Assembly (NCBI GenBank): GCA_965243745.1
Contig: CBDEVR010000002.1
Span: 327,263 to 391,262 of the forward strand
Direction: 5' to 3'
Source: Dehalococcoidia bacterium
GTDB lineage: Bacteria > Chloroflexota > Dehalococcoidia > Lucifugimonadales > Australimonadaceae
Length of the DNA stretch: 64,000 nucleotides
The notes beneath the pieces are model-generated. The model saw nothing but the letters and a program-made list of their open reading frames with translations, was not told the DNA's origin and did not search any database. A program made the position numbers and the translations under genes. Of this stretch, positions 19,589 through 28,738 are shown one piece after another. Numbering within the stretch: the first letter of the stretch is position 1; the number at the start of each line of letters is the position of its first letter.

Positions 19589-21307
19589 TCAGCGGTCGGC
19601 GGCCAGCTTCAGGCCGAACCGCCTCCCTATCGCTACTGCCGCGATCGCCATGAACATGATGACGATGGTGATGACCGCGGCCGCTTCCCGGGAGCCCCCG
19701 GCTCCGACCAGGAAGTCCAGCGTCAGCAGCGACAGTGTCTTGGTCGCGGTCGAGGCCAGCAGGATCACCCCGCTCACTTCGTTGAGCGTAGCCACGAACG
19801 TGATGAGGCCGACGCCGAGCAGCATGGGCATCAGGATGGGGCCCACGATCCTGAACTGGATATACCACCACCTGGCGCCCGAGATCTGCGCTGCTTCCTC
19901 CAACTCGTTGCTCACCTGCATGATGCCCGTCCGCAGCAGGTGGACCCCGATGGGGAACCGGAAGAGGATGATGGCGACCACGAGGATGATGGAGGTGCCA
20001 TGGAGGAACTGGAGCATCGGGAACTGGAGCACCATCATCAGAATCCCCAGGCTCAGAAGCACACCGGGCAGCGCCCATGGCAACCAGCTCACGAAGTCAA
20101 GCGCCTGCTTGCCGCGGAAGGAAGAACGGACGAGTGTGTAGGCAACGGCGAACATCACCGCCATGCCCACGAAAGCTGAGATAACGCCGAGCTTGAGCGT
20201 CGTCCAGAACGCCCCCAGGAAACGACTGTCCGAGAGTACGGTGGAATAGTGGCTGAACGTCCACACGTTCTGGATATCGAAGTACCCCCACCTCGTCATC
20301 AGGCTGCCCGCGATGATGGCGATGAACGGCACTATGGTCAGCAGCGCGATGACGACGACCACGAACGCGAACGCCGGCCATCGCCATCTGCCGAGGTCCG
20401 TGGTCGTGGGCCTCATCTTGCCGGAGACCGTCGTATACATGCGGTTGCCGACGTAGTAACGCTGGATGAAGATGAGCGGGACCAACGCCATCAGGATGAT
20501 CACGGACAGCACGACGGCCTGCTCGATGATCAAGTCCTCGTCGCTGATCATGTGGACCAGCAGAGTGGCATACACGTCGATCCCGATGGGCTGGCCGAGG
20601 ACACGCTCGACTTCGAATGACTGCATCCCCCGGATGATGGCGAGCACGACGACCATTCCCAGGATAGGGCGCATGATCGGCAAGGTGATGCGCCGCACCG
20701 TCCCGGCGCCGGTCGCCCCGGCCACACGCGCTGCCTCTTCGAGCGCGCCGTCCATGTTGCGGAACGACAACGAGAACAGGACGAAGTGGGTCGAGAGCAC
20801 GTTGGCCATGAGATGGACCCAGATGATCCCCCAGAAGGAGAATACATTGAACGGGCTCCCGTCGATGAAGGGCAGCTTGACGATCCACTGGTTGACGACT
20901 CCGGTGTTGCCTTCAAGCAGGAAGATCCAGCCCTGGATCACCGCCAAGCCCGGCATGAAGAACGAGAGCCACATGCCGAAATCCAACAGCGACGCACGCG
21001 GGATGTTCGTTCGCGTGATCAGCCAGGCGAGAAACACCCCCACCACGAAACCGATCCCCATCCTCACGAACACGATCCTCACCGTGTTCCAGAGCGCGGG
21101 CCACAGTCTCGGGTCGTCCAAGGCCTCCCGCCAATGGTGCAACCCGGGGTTGAACGGCTGACCCGGGAGCGCCTCGTTGAAGCTGTTGTAGGTCAGCAGG
21201 GCGATAGGCACCACGATCACGAAAGAAACCCCGGCCAGCAATAGCCACAACAAACCGTGGTGACGAAACGAGCGCGCCCGGGTCAGGGACCCGGCAATAC
21301 TTACCAA
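19589..21307 (-). CDS. ABC importer permease, fused two-domain (Fe3+/thiamine-type)
   Basis: 572 aa and about 12 TM segments. Two EAA-like loops are present (LEEAARVAGA.. and LEEAAQISGA..). Confidence 0.8.
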   Translation of the reverse strand: MVSIAGSLTRARSFRHHGLLWLLLAGVSFVIVVPIALLTYNSFNEALPGQPFNPGLHHWREALDDPRLWPALWNTVRIVFVRMGIGFVVGVFLAWLITRTNIPRASLLDFGMWLSFFMPGLAVIQGWIFLLEGNTGVVNQWIVKLPFIDGSPFNVFSFWGIIWVHLMANVLSTHFVLFSLSFRNMDGALEEAARVAGATGAGTVRRITLPIMRPILGMVVVLAIIRGMQSFEVERVLGQPIGIDVYATLLVHMISDEDLIIEQAVVLSVIILMALVPLIFIQRYYVGNRMYTTVSGKMRPTTTDLGRWRWPAFAFVVVVIALLTIVPFIAIIAGSLMTRWGYFDIQNVWTFSHYSTVLSDSRFLGAFWTTLKLGVISAFVGMAVMFAVAYTLVRSSFRGKQALDFVSWLPWALPGVLLSLGILMMVLQFPMLQFLHGTSIILVVAIILFRFPIGVHLLRTGIMQVSNELEEAAQISGARWWYIQFRIVGPILMPMLLGVGLITFVATLNEVSGVILLASTATKTLSLLTLDFLVGAGGSREAAAVITIVIMFMAIAAVAIGRRFGLKLAADR

Positions 21308-21409
21308 CTCTGCCTCCAGTCCATTCCCGCTGGTACAAGTGGCCGCCGGAAGGATGCCTTCCGGCGGCCACTGACCCTATCGAACTGCGACTCCCAACGT
21401 CCAGCTTGC

Positions 21410-22609
21410 CTACTGTCCGCCTACCGCTGCGTCCACGAGGTCGCGATACTCGCTCAGGCAGCAGGTGGTGGGCATCAGGTTGAAGATCTCGCCCGTGAGG
21501 TCCGGAACGATGAACTGGGGCAGGCTGGAGAGGTCCACGTCGGCCCGCCGCGACACCGCGCCGCGGACGTCCGCCAACGCCTGTCCGCCGGCCTGCGAGA
21601 AGAACCAGTTCACGTACACCTTGGTCGCGTTCGGGTGTGGAATATCGATGTTCGGGACGAACAGGACTCCGGGGCTGCCGGACAGCCGGGCGATGGTCGG
21701 CCCGCCCTCCACGATCGGTAGTGTCTCGATGATCGTTGGAGCGGCGCCGATCTCCAGCAGCGACCGGTAGATCGCCGCGTCAGGAGCGATGTGAATCAGC
21801 ATGTTGCCGTTGTTGATCTGGTCGTACATGAAGTTCCGGTCAGAGGAGAACACGATGTCCTGAGTGGAGAACAGCTTGGTGATGAAGTCCGGTCCCAGGT
21901 AGGGGTTCGGGTCGCCGTAGGCGGGAGCCCACATCCAGAAGGCGGTCAGCGCTCCCCCTCCGCCGGAACCCCTCGGGTCCGTCATGATGATCTTTCCCTT
22001 GAACCGGGGGTCCAGCAGGGACTCCCACGAGGTGATGGAGGCAGGGTCGACCGAGTCGGCGATCGCCATCGCCGCGTTCGTGGCGCCGTCCCCGATGAAC
22101 ATGTACTCCTCTTCGGCGTCGACCCACATATGTCCACCCAGCCAGTTGTCCGGGTCGGTTACCTCGGGTGTGACCATGAACGGCTTGATCGGCTGCAACG
22201 CCCCAGCAGGTTTCAATCGGCCGTTACCGCCCGATATGCCGCCGTTGAAGAGGTCCACGCTCGCGACGCCAGCCTCCCACTCCGTCAGATAGCGGGACTG
22301 CACCTCGGAGCTGCGGGCGCCCTGGAAGAGCACCACATCGATATCCGGGAAGGCCTTCTCGAATTCAAGCTCGAGGAAGTTACGGGCTGCATTTCCCCCA
22401 CCGCCAACCCAGATGTCTATCTGGCCTTCCACCTTGGCGGCCTCCAACGCGGCGTCCATCTCCAGCTGCCACGCCGGTACCGGCGTCGGCGTCGCCTCCG
22501 GTATCGGCGTCGCGGTCGGCGGCGACGTCGGAGTTGGGTCGGTCCCGCACGCCGCAACCATGAACGCCGCTACGATAATGAGCATCGGCACTAGCATGAG
22601 CCTACGCAT
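21410..22609 (-). CDS. ABC transporter periplasmic substrate-binding lipoprotein
   Basis: Lipobox leader MRRLMLVPMLIIVAAFMVAACG followed by a Pro/Thr linker. It sits directly upstream of the permease gene. Confidence 0.75.
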   Translation of the reverse strand: MRRLMLVPMLIIVAAFMVAACGTDPTPTSPPTATPIPEATPTPVPAWQLEMDAALEAAKVEGQIDIWVGGGGNAARNFLELEFEKAFPDIDVVLFQGARSSEVQSRYLTEWEAGVASVDLFNGGISGGNGRLKPAGALQPIKPFMVTPEVTDPDNWLGGHMWVDAEEEYMFIGDGATNAAMAIADSVDPASITSWESLLDPRFKGKIIMTDPRGSGGGGALTAFWMWAPAYGDPNPYLGPDFITKLFSTQDIVFSSDRNFMYDQINNGNMLIHIAPDAAIYRSLLEIGAAPTIIETLPIVEGGPTIARLSGSPGVLFVPNIDIPHPNATKVYVNWFFSQAGGQALADVRGAVSRRADVDLSSLPQFIVPDLTGEIFNLMPTTCCLSEYRDLVDAAVGGQ

Positions 22610-23227
22610 GTTCTTCTTCCCCTTTCAGCTTGACCGACCGATCCCAACCATTCAGGCACTCGCTCTCAGTGAGCCAGAAGCGTGGTGTGCATCTCCGTGT
22701 GCTTCAGGCACCTTCAAAGCACCCAACCGATACTGGCGGGTGAGTACTTGGACATGCTGGGGGCTCAGGACTTCCAGCAGTTGGTTCATGGCAACGCGAG
22801 GAAGCCGCACCATCGGTGTCGGCTTGGACGAGGACCGCTCGGCTATCGCTCCGGCCGCCAGATCGTTCACTGGGAACTCCCACTTCACCCCAGACTCTCG
22901 ACGTTTGCGGAACTAGGAGGGAACCGATCGTTGGCTCGGTTAAGCCCCAACTGCCAGCCGTTGCGCTTCATACTACAAGTGCAACCCGAAATGTCAACAG
23001 GCAGCATGCCTGAACGGACATGGCGTCGATTCCATCCACAACCTCCTTTTTGGGTAACGCAATTCGTCGTCGACAGAGGCGCCGGCATGGCAGCCTCGAG
23101 CAAGGTCGGGTATGATGGCCCTGCCGTCTCCTGATGGCCTTCAGCAGTCAGCAATGAGCTTGGGGTCGCTGCCGTGAGGGCCGGAACCTTGTGGTTCCGA
23201 TCAAGGTATTGCGTGAGGAGGACCTGG

Positions 23228-24193
23228 ATGCCTATCGAACTGGGTCTTGCATCTTCCCATGCCCCGTCCCTGGTAGCTGCTGCGGAGCAGTGGCCGGCCA
23301 TCTACAAGCGGATAGTCCGAGACACGCCGCAGCCGAAGGTGGCGGAACGTGAAACGACCGAAGTCATCGACGACTTCGTCAGGCGAGTCGACAGCTCGTT
23401 CTACAAGCTACGCCAGGAGCTGGCGGCTTACGACCCCGATCTGCTGATCATCATCGGGGGCGACCAGTCAGAGATGTTCGACCGAAGTAACGTCCCGAAT
23501 CTCATGATCTACACAGGCGAGGTCGCCTGGGGTGACAACTACAGCAATACCGTGGGAGGCGAGAGGTCGGAGGCCGACATCGTCCGACTAAGGGTTGACG
23601 TCGCCACGTCCGCGTTCCTGCTGCGTCGCCTAGTGGTCGAAGAGGGTTTTGACGTCGCCATAAGCAGCGAGCAGTTCCCCCTGGGCCGAGGGAAGGGCCT
23701 CCCGCACGCGTTCTGCCGGCCCATGCCTTTGCTCCAGCCTAACTACGACATCCCCGTGGTGATCTTCTACGAGAACACCTATGATCCTCCGTCCTTATCC
23801 GCCGAGCGGTGCTACGAGTTAGGACGGGCTCTGGCCCATTCACTCAGAAACGACCCTCGCCGGATAGCCATCTACGGCTCCGGCGGACTCTCCCACGACC
23901 CCGGCGGGCCGCGTTCGGGGTGGATCGACGAGCCCCTCGATCGGTGGTTTCTGGACCGCATCGCGGAAGGCGACGGTGTGGCCACAAAGGCTCTCTACCG
24001 TTTCGACTCCATGACCATGCGGGGCGGTACCGGCGAGATCCGCGCTTGGATCACGGTAGCGGGTGCGCTGGAGGAGATGGGCTGTGACGGCGCCAACGTC
24101 GTGGACTACATCCCCGCCAACCATGCGGTGACCGGGCTTGGGTGGGCATACTGGCATGCAAACGCCGGCGCATCGGCCACGTCTCGGTCCTAG
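23228..24193 (+). CDS. LigB-like (class III extradiol dioxygenase superfamily) protein, non-canonical metal site
   Basis: Aligns by eye to LigB landmarks: LASSHAPS (His12), GGDQSEMF (His61 position is Gln), GSGGLSHDPGGPRSGW (His195), GGTGEIRAW (Glu242). ATG at 23228. Confidence 0.75.
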   Translation: MPIELGLASSHAPSLVAAAEQWPAIYKRIVRDTPQPKVAERETTEVIDDFVRRVDSSFYKLRQELAAYDPDLLIIIGGDQSEMFDRSNVPNLMIYTGEVAWGDNYSNTVGGERSEADIVRLRVDVATSAFLLRRLVVEEGFDVAISSEQFPLGRGKGLPHAFCRPMPLLQPNYDIPVVIFYENTYDPPSLSAERCYELGRALAHSLRNDPRRIAIYGSGGLSHDPGGPRSGWIDEPLDRWFLDRIAEGDGVATKALYRFDSMTMRGGTGEIRAWITVAGALEEMGCDGANVVDYIPANHAVTGLGWAYWHANAGASATSRS

Positions 24194-24282
24194 CCCGAAG
24201 GACGCGCATCGCGACCGTTTCGTTCAGAGGCCTCGGTACTCATCACGACTGCCGCAGGCAGGGTGGCCCGGCTCACAAGTGC

Positions 24283-25122
24283 CTAGGTCCCCACCCACAG
24301 CACCTGCCCAGTCATGAACGAAGCGTCGTCTGAGGCGAGGAATGCGATTGCGGATGCCTGCTCCTCGGGCCCTCCCTGGCGCTTCATGGGAGTGAAATCG
24401 ATGCCCGCGTAGGGGCCCTCGCCCATGAAGCGGGCCTGGCGCGCCTGCTGCAGGGCCTCCTGCTCTGGCGTCAGGTTGCGCGGCTCGGTGTTGCGTGGCA
24501 CGAGACGGTCCGTAACCGCTGTCGTATGAGGCGCGACGCAATTGACCCGCACGCCCTTCGCGGCTACCTCGAGGCCAACCGACGTGGTTAACGCAATGAT
24601 GCCGCCCTTGGCAGCGGCGTACGGGGCTCGCAGGATGCCCCTGACTGCGGAGGAGGCGACGTTCACGACCGCGCCGCTTTCCACAGCGACCATGTGCGCG
24701 AGTGCGGCGTGCATGCAGAACATAGTGGGCCAGAAATTGCGCCGCATGTCCTGGTACATCTGCTCCTCTGTGAACTCCCACATATACTGAGAGCGGTAAG
24801 GTCCTCCCACGTTGTTCACCAGGACGTCGATCCGTCCGAAACGCTCGAGCGTCTCGTCCATCAGCCGGTGACAGGTATCCCACTCGCTGAGGTCACCCAG
24901 GAACACCATCGTTTCCACGCCGTGGTTCTCGAGCGTGTCACGTGTCCGGCTGGCGCCCGCCTCGGACATGTCCGCAATGACAACGATGGCGCCCTCTGCT
25001 CCAAGGCGTCGTGCTGTGGCGGCACCGATGCCCTGACCCGCACCGGTGACTATGCTCACCCTATCCACGAAGCGCCGCGCTCCTGCCGCACGCTCATCCA
25101 GCGGACTGCTCATCGTTGTCAT
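24283..25122 (-). CDS. SDR-family oxidoreductase
   Basis: TGAGQGIG cofactor motif and YAAAK catalytic motif. The ATG follows GGAGGA. Confidence 0.85.
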   Translation of the reverse strand: MTTMSSPLDERAAGARRFVDRVSIVTGAGQGIGAATARRLGAEGAIVVIADMSEAGASRTRDTLENHGVETMVFLGDLSEWDTCHRLMDETLERFGRIDVLVNNVGGPYRSQYMWEFTEEQMYQDMRRNFWPTMFCMHAALAHMVAVESGAVVNVASSAVRGILRAPYAAAKGGIIALTTSVGLEVAAKGVRVNCVAPHTTAVTDRLVPRNTEPRNLTPEQEALQQARQARFMGEGPYAGIDFTPMKRQGGPEEQASAIAFLASDDASFMTGQVLWVGT

Positions 25123-25201
25123 TTCGATCCTCCTACTGCACTTGCAGGCTTCGTACCTTCTGGCTACGGCGAGTGGCCTGCCAGCGGTTAGGGACGACAA
25201 C

Positions 25202-25975
25202 CTAGGCTGAAATCGCCGGAGGGGCTTCCTTGAGGTTCCTCCTTAGAAAGTCGAGCTTGATGGGCCATGCCCACTCAACTGCGGCTGCGTTGTGGCGATC
25301 TGGGATGTCAGCGTCGAAGAAGGCATGTCCTGCTGGCGGATCACCTTCCCAGATGTGGTATTCGAACGATTTGCCAAGCCTCTCCATCGTCGCGGCTGCC
25401 ACCTTGATGTCGGCTGGTGACGGCCTCTGGTCGGCGCCTCCCGATATGGAGAGCACGGGGCACTTCAGGCCTTCAAGGAGCCGGAGTATCGGGACGGGGC
25501 GGGCGGGCGTCGTATCCAGGCTCGCTATCGGTCCATAGTTCGAAACGACGGCCCGCACGTCGCCGTGGATGCACCCTGCCAACAGAGCAACCGTTCCGCC
25601 GCCGCAATACCCGATGGTGCCCAGCCTGTCCGGGTCGACGTTGGGCAGCTCACGAAGGAGGTTCAATGCCATGCGCGAATCGACAGCCAGACCGTAGTCG
25701 GTCTGCGTCTCACGGGCGGCGGTCGCCTGCTCGCGCTCCTCAGGCCAACGAAACTCGGTCCGGTAGCTCAATCGGTGATAGAGGTCAGGCATCGCCACGA
25801 CGTAGCCTTCGGACGCCAGCCGCTCGGCGATGGAGCGATGCTGCGCGTTCGCCCCGAGAACGATGTGGAAGTACGCCAGGGCGGGATAGCGGCCTGGCTC
25901 CGCCGGCTCCGCAACGAAAACCGCCATTTTGCCGCTCTCGGAAGGGACATCTACCCATCGGGTATTCACTTCCAT
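25202..25975 (-). CDS. Dienelactone hydrolase family protein
   Basis: ...GYVVAMPDLYHR...GTIGYCGGG...; ATG at 25973-25975. Confidence 0.7.
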   Translation of the reverse strand: MEVNTRWVDVPSESGKMAVFVAEPAEPGRYPALAYFHIVLGANAQHRSIAERLASEGYVVAMPDLYHRLSYRTEFRWPEEREQATAARETQTDYGLAVDSRMALNLLRELPNVDPDRLGTIGYCGGGTVALLAGCIHGDVRAVVSNYGPIASLDTTPARPVPILRLLEGLKCPVLSISGGADQRPSPADIKVAAATMERLGKSFEYHIWEGDPPAGHAFFDADIPDRHNAAAVEWAWPIKLDFLRRNLKEAPPAISA

Positions 25976-26066
25976 GGCATACTCCCTATGCGTAGTCGTC
26001 TTCGGTTTGGCGAGCGACAGTATAGCAACGCTGTCCGGCAGGCTATTGGGTGTATGCGAGCATCCC

Positions 26067-26159
26067 CCGGAATCATCAGCGGCGGCACCGTCCCGCAACT
26101 GAACTAGGGCGCGCTCAGCCTCCAATCAGGACGATCCTTCTCCCGCGCAGCGGCTGCAA
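26067..26159. repeat. Direct repeat copy B (a 13-codon tctB 3' fragment plus the genuine 3' end of the carbonic anhydrase gene)
   Basis: The plus strand encodes ..GIISGGTVPQLN*, matching the TctB end ..GIIGGGTIPQLN*. The sequence then continues into the true carbonic anhydrase stop region. Confidence 0.85.
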
Positions 26160-26774
26160 CGGCCTGTTGTTGGGCCCGCCGCTCAACGATTGGAGCACCT
26201 CCACCTGCGCCTGCGACACCGTTGCCGCGTCGCGCATCACCACCCACTCCACGGGTTCCGGGCACGGAGGAGTCGTCTTCGAGCCGGTGTAGTTGAAGAA
26301 CGCGCTGGAGCGCGGCCTGAAAGCCGCTCCGGAAAGGAAGCCCGCCGTCTCTCCCACGGCTTCCTCGAGCATCTCCTGCAGGACAGGGTCAGAAGGGCCG
26401 AGCCGGTAGAGGACGCCGACCACGAGCACGTCGCCGGAGGCGTCCTCGTGCACCATGTGGAGTTCTGCCGCGAACCCCTCGCCGTCCACCGTGTGCTCGG
26501 CAGGCGAGTGGGCATGGGCCGACAGCAACTCGTAGCGCCGTTCTCCAAGCGTGAGGCTGCTCCCCGGCGCGAACTCCACGACAGCCGAGCCCCGCACGAG
26601 TTCAACGCCGCTAACTCCGCCATCGTACGAGAACGACAGCATCGGAGCATCCGCGTGCTCGTAGCCGGTGATGTCGATGGGCGACTGCTGCACGCCCTCG
26701 GCGCAGGGCGCGTACTCCGGAGCGAGCGTGCCCCAATGCGCCGGGCCGGTCGGGCCCACGTAACCCCACTCCAT
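26115..26774 (-). CDS. Alpha-class carbonic anhydrase, no N-terminal signal peptide
   Basis: MEWGYVGPTGPAHWG..., SAHAHSPAEHTVDG and AELHMVH (three zinc His), plus NYTGSKTTPPCPEPVEWVV. Confidence 0.8.
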   Translation of the reverse strand: MEWGYVGPTGPAHWGTLAPEYAPCAEGVQQSPIDITGYEHADAPMLSFSYDGGVSGVELVRGSAVVEFAPGSSLTLGERRYELLSAHAHSPAEHTVDGEGFAAELHMVHEDASGDVLVVGVLYRLGPSDPVLQEMLEEAVGETAGFLSGAAFRPRSSAFFNYTGSKTTPPCPEPVEWVVMRDAATVSQAQVEVLQSLSGGPNNRPLQPLRGRRIVLIGG

Positions 26775-26779
26775 GACGG

Positions 26780-27328
26780 TCAGCTCAGGTAGCGAGCGAC
26801 GACCTCGTCCAGCGGCAGAACCTCGCTGTGGAGGACGTTGCGGACGATGCGGAGCGCGTACTCCTTCACCTCCGGCGGTTCGCTCTGCCGGTGCACCATC
26901 GTGCAGTCCTCCACCACGACGACCTTGTACCGCAGTTGGAAGGCGTCGGCGGAGGTCCAGAGCACGGTGTTGTCGGTCGACGCTCCGGCGATGATGACGG
27001 TGTCGCGCTGCATCGTGCGGAGGACGTAGTCGAGGTCGTTGTGGGAAAAGCCGCTCAGGTAGCGCTTGTAGACGAGCGTGTCCTTGTCCACCGGCTGCAA
27101 CTCCGGGATGACGTCGAGGGCGTCGGTGCCCTCCTTCATCATCACGCGGGACCAGTCGCCGACCTGGTCGCTCTCGCGCCGCATCGAGTTGACGTGGATG
27201 ATGGGCGCCTCGGCGGCATACGCGGCGTCCTTGAGGCGGCGCACGTTCGCCACCATCTCGTAGCCGTACGAGCCGGGCTCCCATCCGTATCCCTTCGCCA
27301 TGTCCAGGATGATCACTGCGATGTTCAT
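26780..27328 (-). CDS. Isochorismatase-family cysteine hydrolase
   Basis: 182 aa with IAVIILDM..., ...KRYLSGFSHNDLDYVLR..DTVIIAGASTDNTV. ATG 27326-27328 follows AGGAGA. Confidence 0.75.
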   Translation of the reverse strand: MNIAVIILDMAKGYGWEPGSYGYEMVANVRRLKDAAYAAEAPIIHVNSMRRESDQVGDWSRVMMKEGTDALDVIPELQPVDKDTLVYKRYLSGFSHNDLDYVLRTMQRDTVIIAGASTDNTVLWTSADAFQLRYKVVVVEDCTMVHRQSEPPEVKEYALRIVRNVLHSEVLPLDEVVARYLS

Positions 27329-27345
27329 GTTTCTCCTTTGCCGCC

Positions 27346-28212
27346 CTACCCTGCCGCTTCCCTGAAGCGGCGCAGGGCGTCGATATGTTCGTCCGCGGAC
27401 CCAAGTCCCGCGCGCAACGTGTTGAAGGAGACGTGCGACACGCCCATCTCCTGCCACGCCTCGGACTCGCGCAGCGCGCCGTCGACGCCGCCGCGCGACA
27501 GGGCGACCCGCGCGTCGACGCCCACGTCGTCCTGCGAGCGTCCCGCCTCAGCAACGAAGTTGCGGAACGCCGCCAGCCGCTCCCTGCCCTGCTCGTCCGC
27601 CTGCATCTGCGGGAACCAGCCGTCGCCCATGCGGGCGATGCGGCGCAGGACGCCGTCCGAGCGTCCGCCGCCGAACCAGACGGGGATGGGGCGCTGCACC
27701 GGCAGCGGCTTGATGCCCGCGCCGGGGATGCTGTGCCAGCGGCCCTGGAAGTCCACGATCTCGTTCGTCCAGAGCACGCGCAGCAGCTCCACCTGCTCCT
27801 CGGAGCGCTTGCCGCGGTCGTGGAAGTTCTCGTTCAGCGCCTCGTACTCGACGTCGTTCCAGCCGATCCCGACGCCGAGGCGCAGGCGTCCGCCGCTGAG
27901 CACGTCGACCTGCGCGGCCTGCTTCGCGAGGAGCGCCGTCTGCCGCTGCGGCAGGATGATGACGGCGGTGACGAGCTCGATGCGGCTGGTGAGCGCGGCG
28001 AGGTAGCCGAAGGTGACCATCGGCTCGTGGAAGGTGTCCCGGTGCGAATACGGGCCCTGCCAGTCCGGCCTGCGGTCGGTGTCCGCGCCGAGCACGTGAT
28101 CGTAGAAGATGAGGTGTTCATAACCGAGACCCTCGGCAGCCTCGGCGAACGCGCGCACCGCGCCCGGGTCCTCGCCTATCTCGTTCTGTGGGAAAACGAC
28201 GCCCAGCTGCAT
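27346..28212 (-). CDS. LLM-class F420-dependent oxidoreductase
   Basis: MQLGVVFPQNEIG...GYEHLIFYDHVLG...LRLGVGIGWN. Confidence 0.8.
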   Translation of the reverse strand: MQLGVVFPQNEIGEDPGAVRAFAEAAEGLGYEHLIFYDHVLGADTDRRPDWQGPYSHRDTFHEPMVTFGYLAALTSRIELVTAVIILPQRQTALLAKQAAQVDVLSGGRLRLGVGIGWNDVEYEALNENFHDRGKRSEEQVELLRVLWTNEIVDFQGRWHSIPGAGIKPLPVQRPIPVWFGGGRSDGVLRRIARMGDGWFPQMQADEQGRERLAAFRNFVAEAGRSQDDVGVDARVALSRGGVDGALRESEAWQEMGVSHVSFNTLRAGLGSADEHIDALRRFREAAG

Positions 28213-28300
28213 GTGCGCTCCTGTCAGCTATCTCCTGCGTGAAGCGACAGGTTAGCCTGCTCCGCCCGCGCGTACAATCGTCGTCCGCAAGGACCCAGCG

Positions 28301-28738
28301 ATGCCAACCTGGAAACGTCTCCTCATAGCCTGGTTCTTCGTGCCGGTGCACCGGCACCTGTTCCGCCTCTCAGGAGGCCGCCTCCTGGGCCGACTGGAGG
28401 GCACGGGAGTCCTCATCCTCGTGACGAAGGGGCGCAGGAGCGGCAAGCCCCGCTCGTCGCCCCTGCTGTACTTCCGGTTCGAGGAGCGCGGCGACCTCAT
28501 CGTCGTCGCCTCGAACTATGGACGGGGCCGCCATCCCGCGTGGTACCTGAACGTCGCAGCCGAGCCGAACGTCTCCGTCGAGGTGGGCGGTGAGCGCTTC
28601 GCCGCCGAGGCCCGTATCACGCAGGGAGAGGAACGCTCTACGCTGTACGACAGGGTCATCGCGGCGAACCCGCGCTTCGCCACCTACTACGCCGCTACCG
28701 ACCGCCAGATCCCGGTCGTTACGCTCCGCCGCGCCTAG
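28301..28738 (+). CDS. Deazaflavin (F420H2)-dependent nitroreductase family (DDN-like) protein
   Basis: VLILVTKGRRSGKPRSSPLLY...VVASNYGRGRHPAWYLN..., the typical PF04075 pattern. Confidence 0.8.
   Translation: MPTWKRLLIAWFFVPVHRHLFRLSGGRLLGRLEGTGVLILVTKGRRSGKPRSSPLLYFRFEERGDLIVVASNYGRGRHPAWYLNVAAEPNVSVEVGGERFAAEARITQGEERSTLYDRVIAANPRFATYYAATDRQIPVVTLRRA

Noticed and set aside
22610-23227. ORFs in the 620-bp divergent intergenic region (22652..22888 minus, 22682..23134 plus, 22885..23301 minus), considered as a missing regulator or ABC ATPase remnant.
   Set aside because: They overlap one another, have no family motifs, no Walker or HTH patterns, and no plausible SD-start pairs. The region is more likely promoter or operator space, or decayed sequence.
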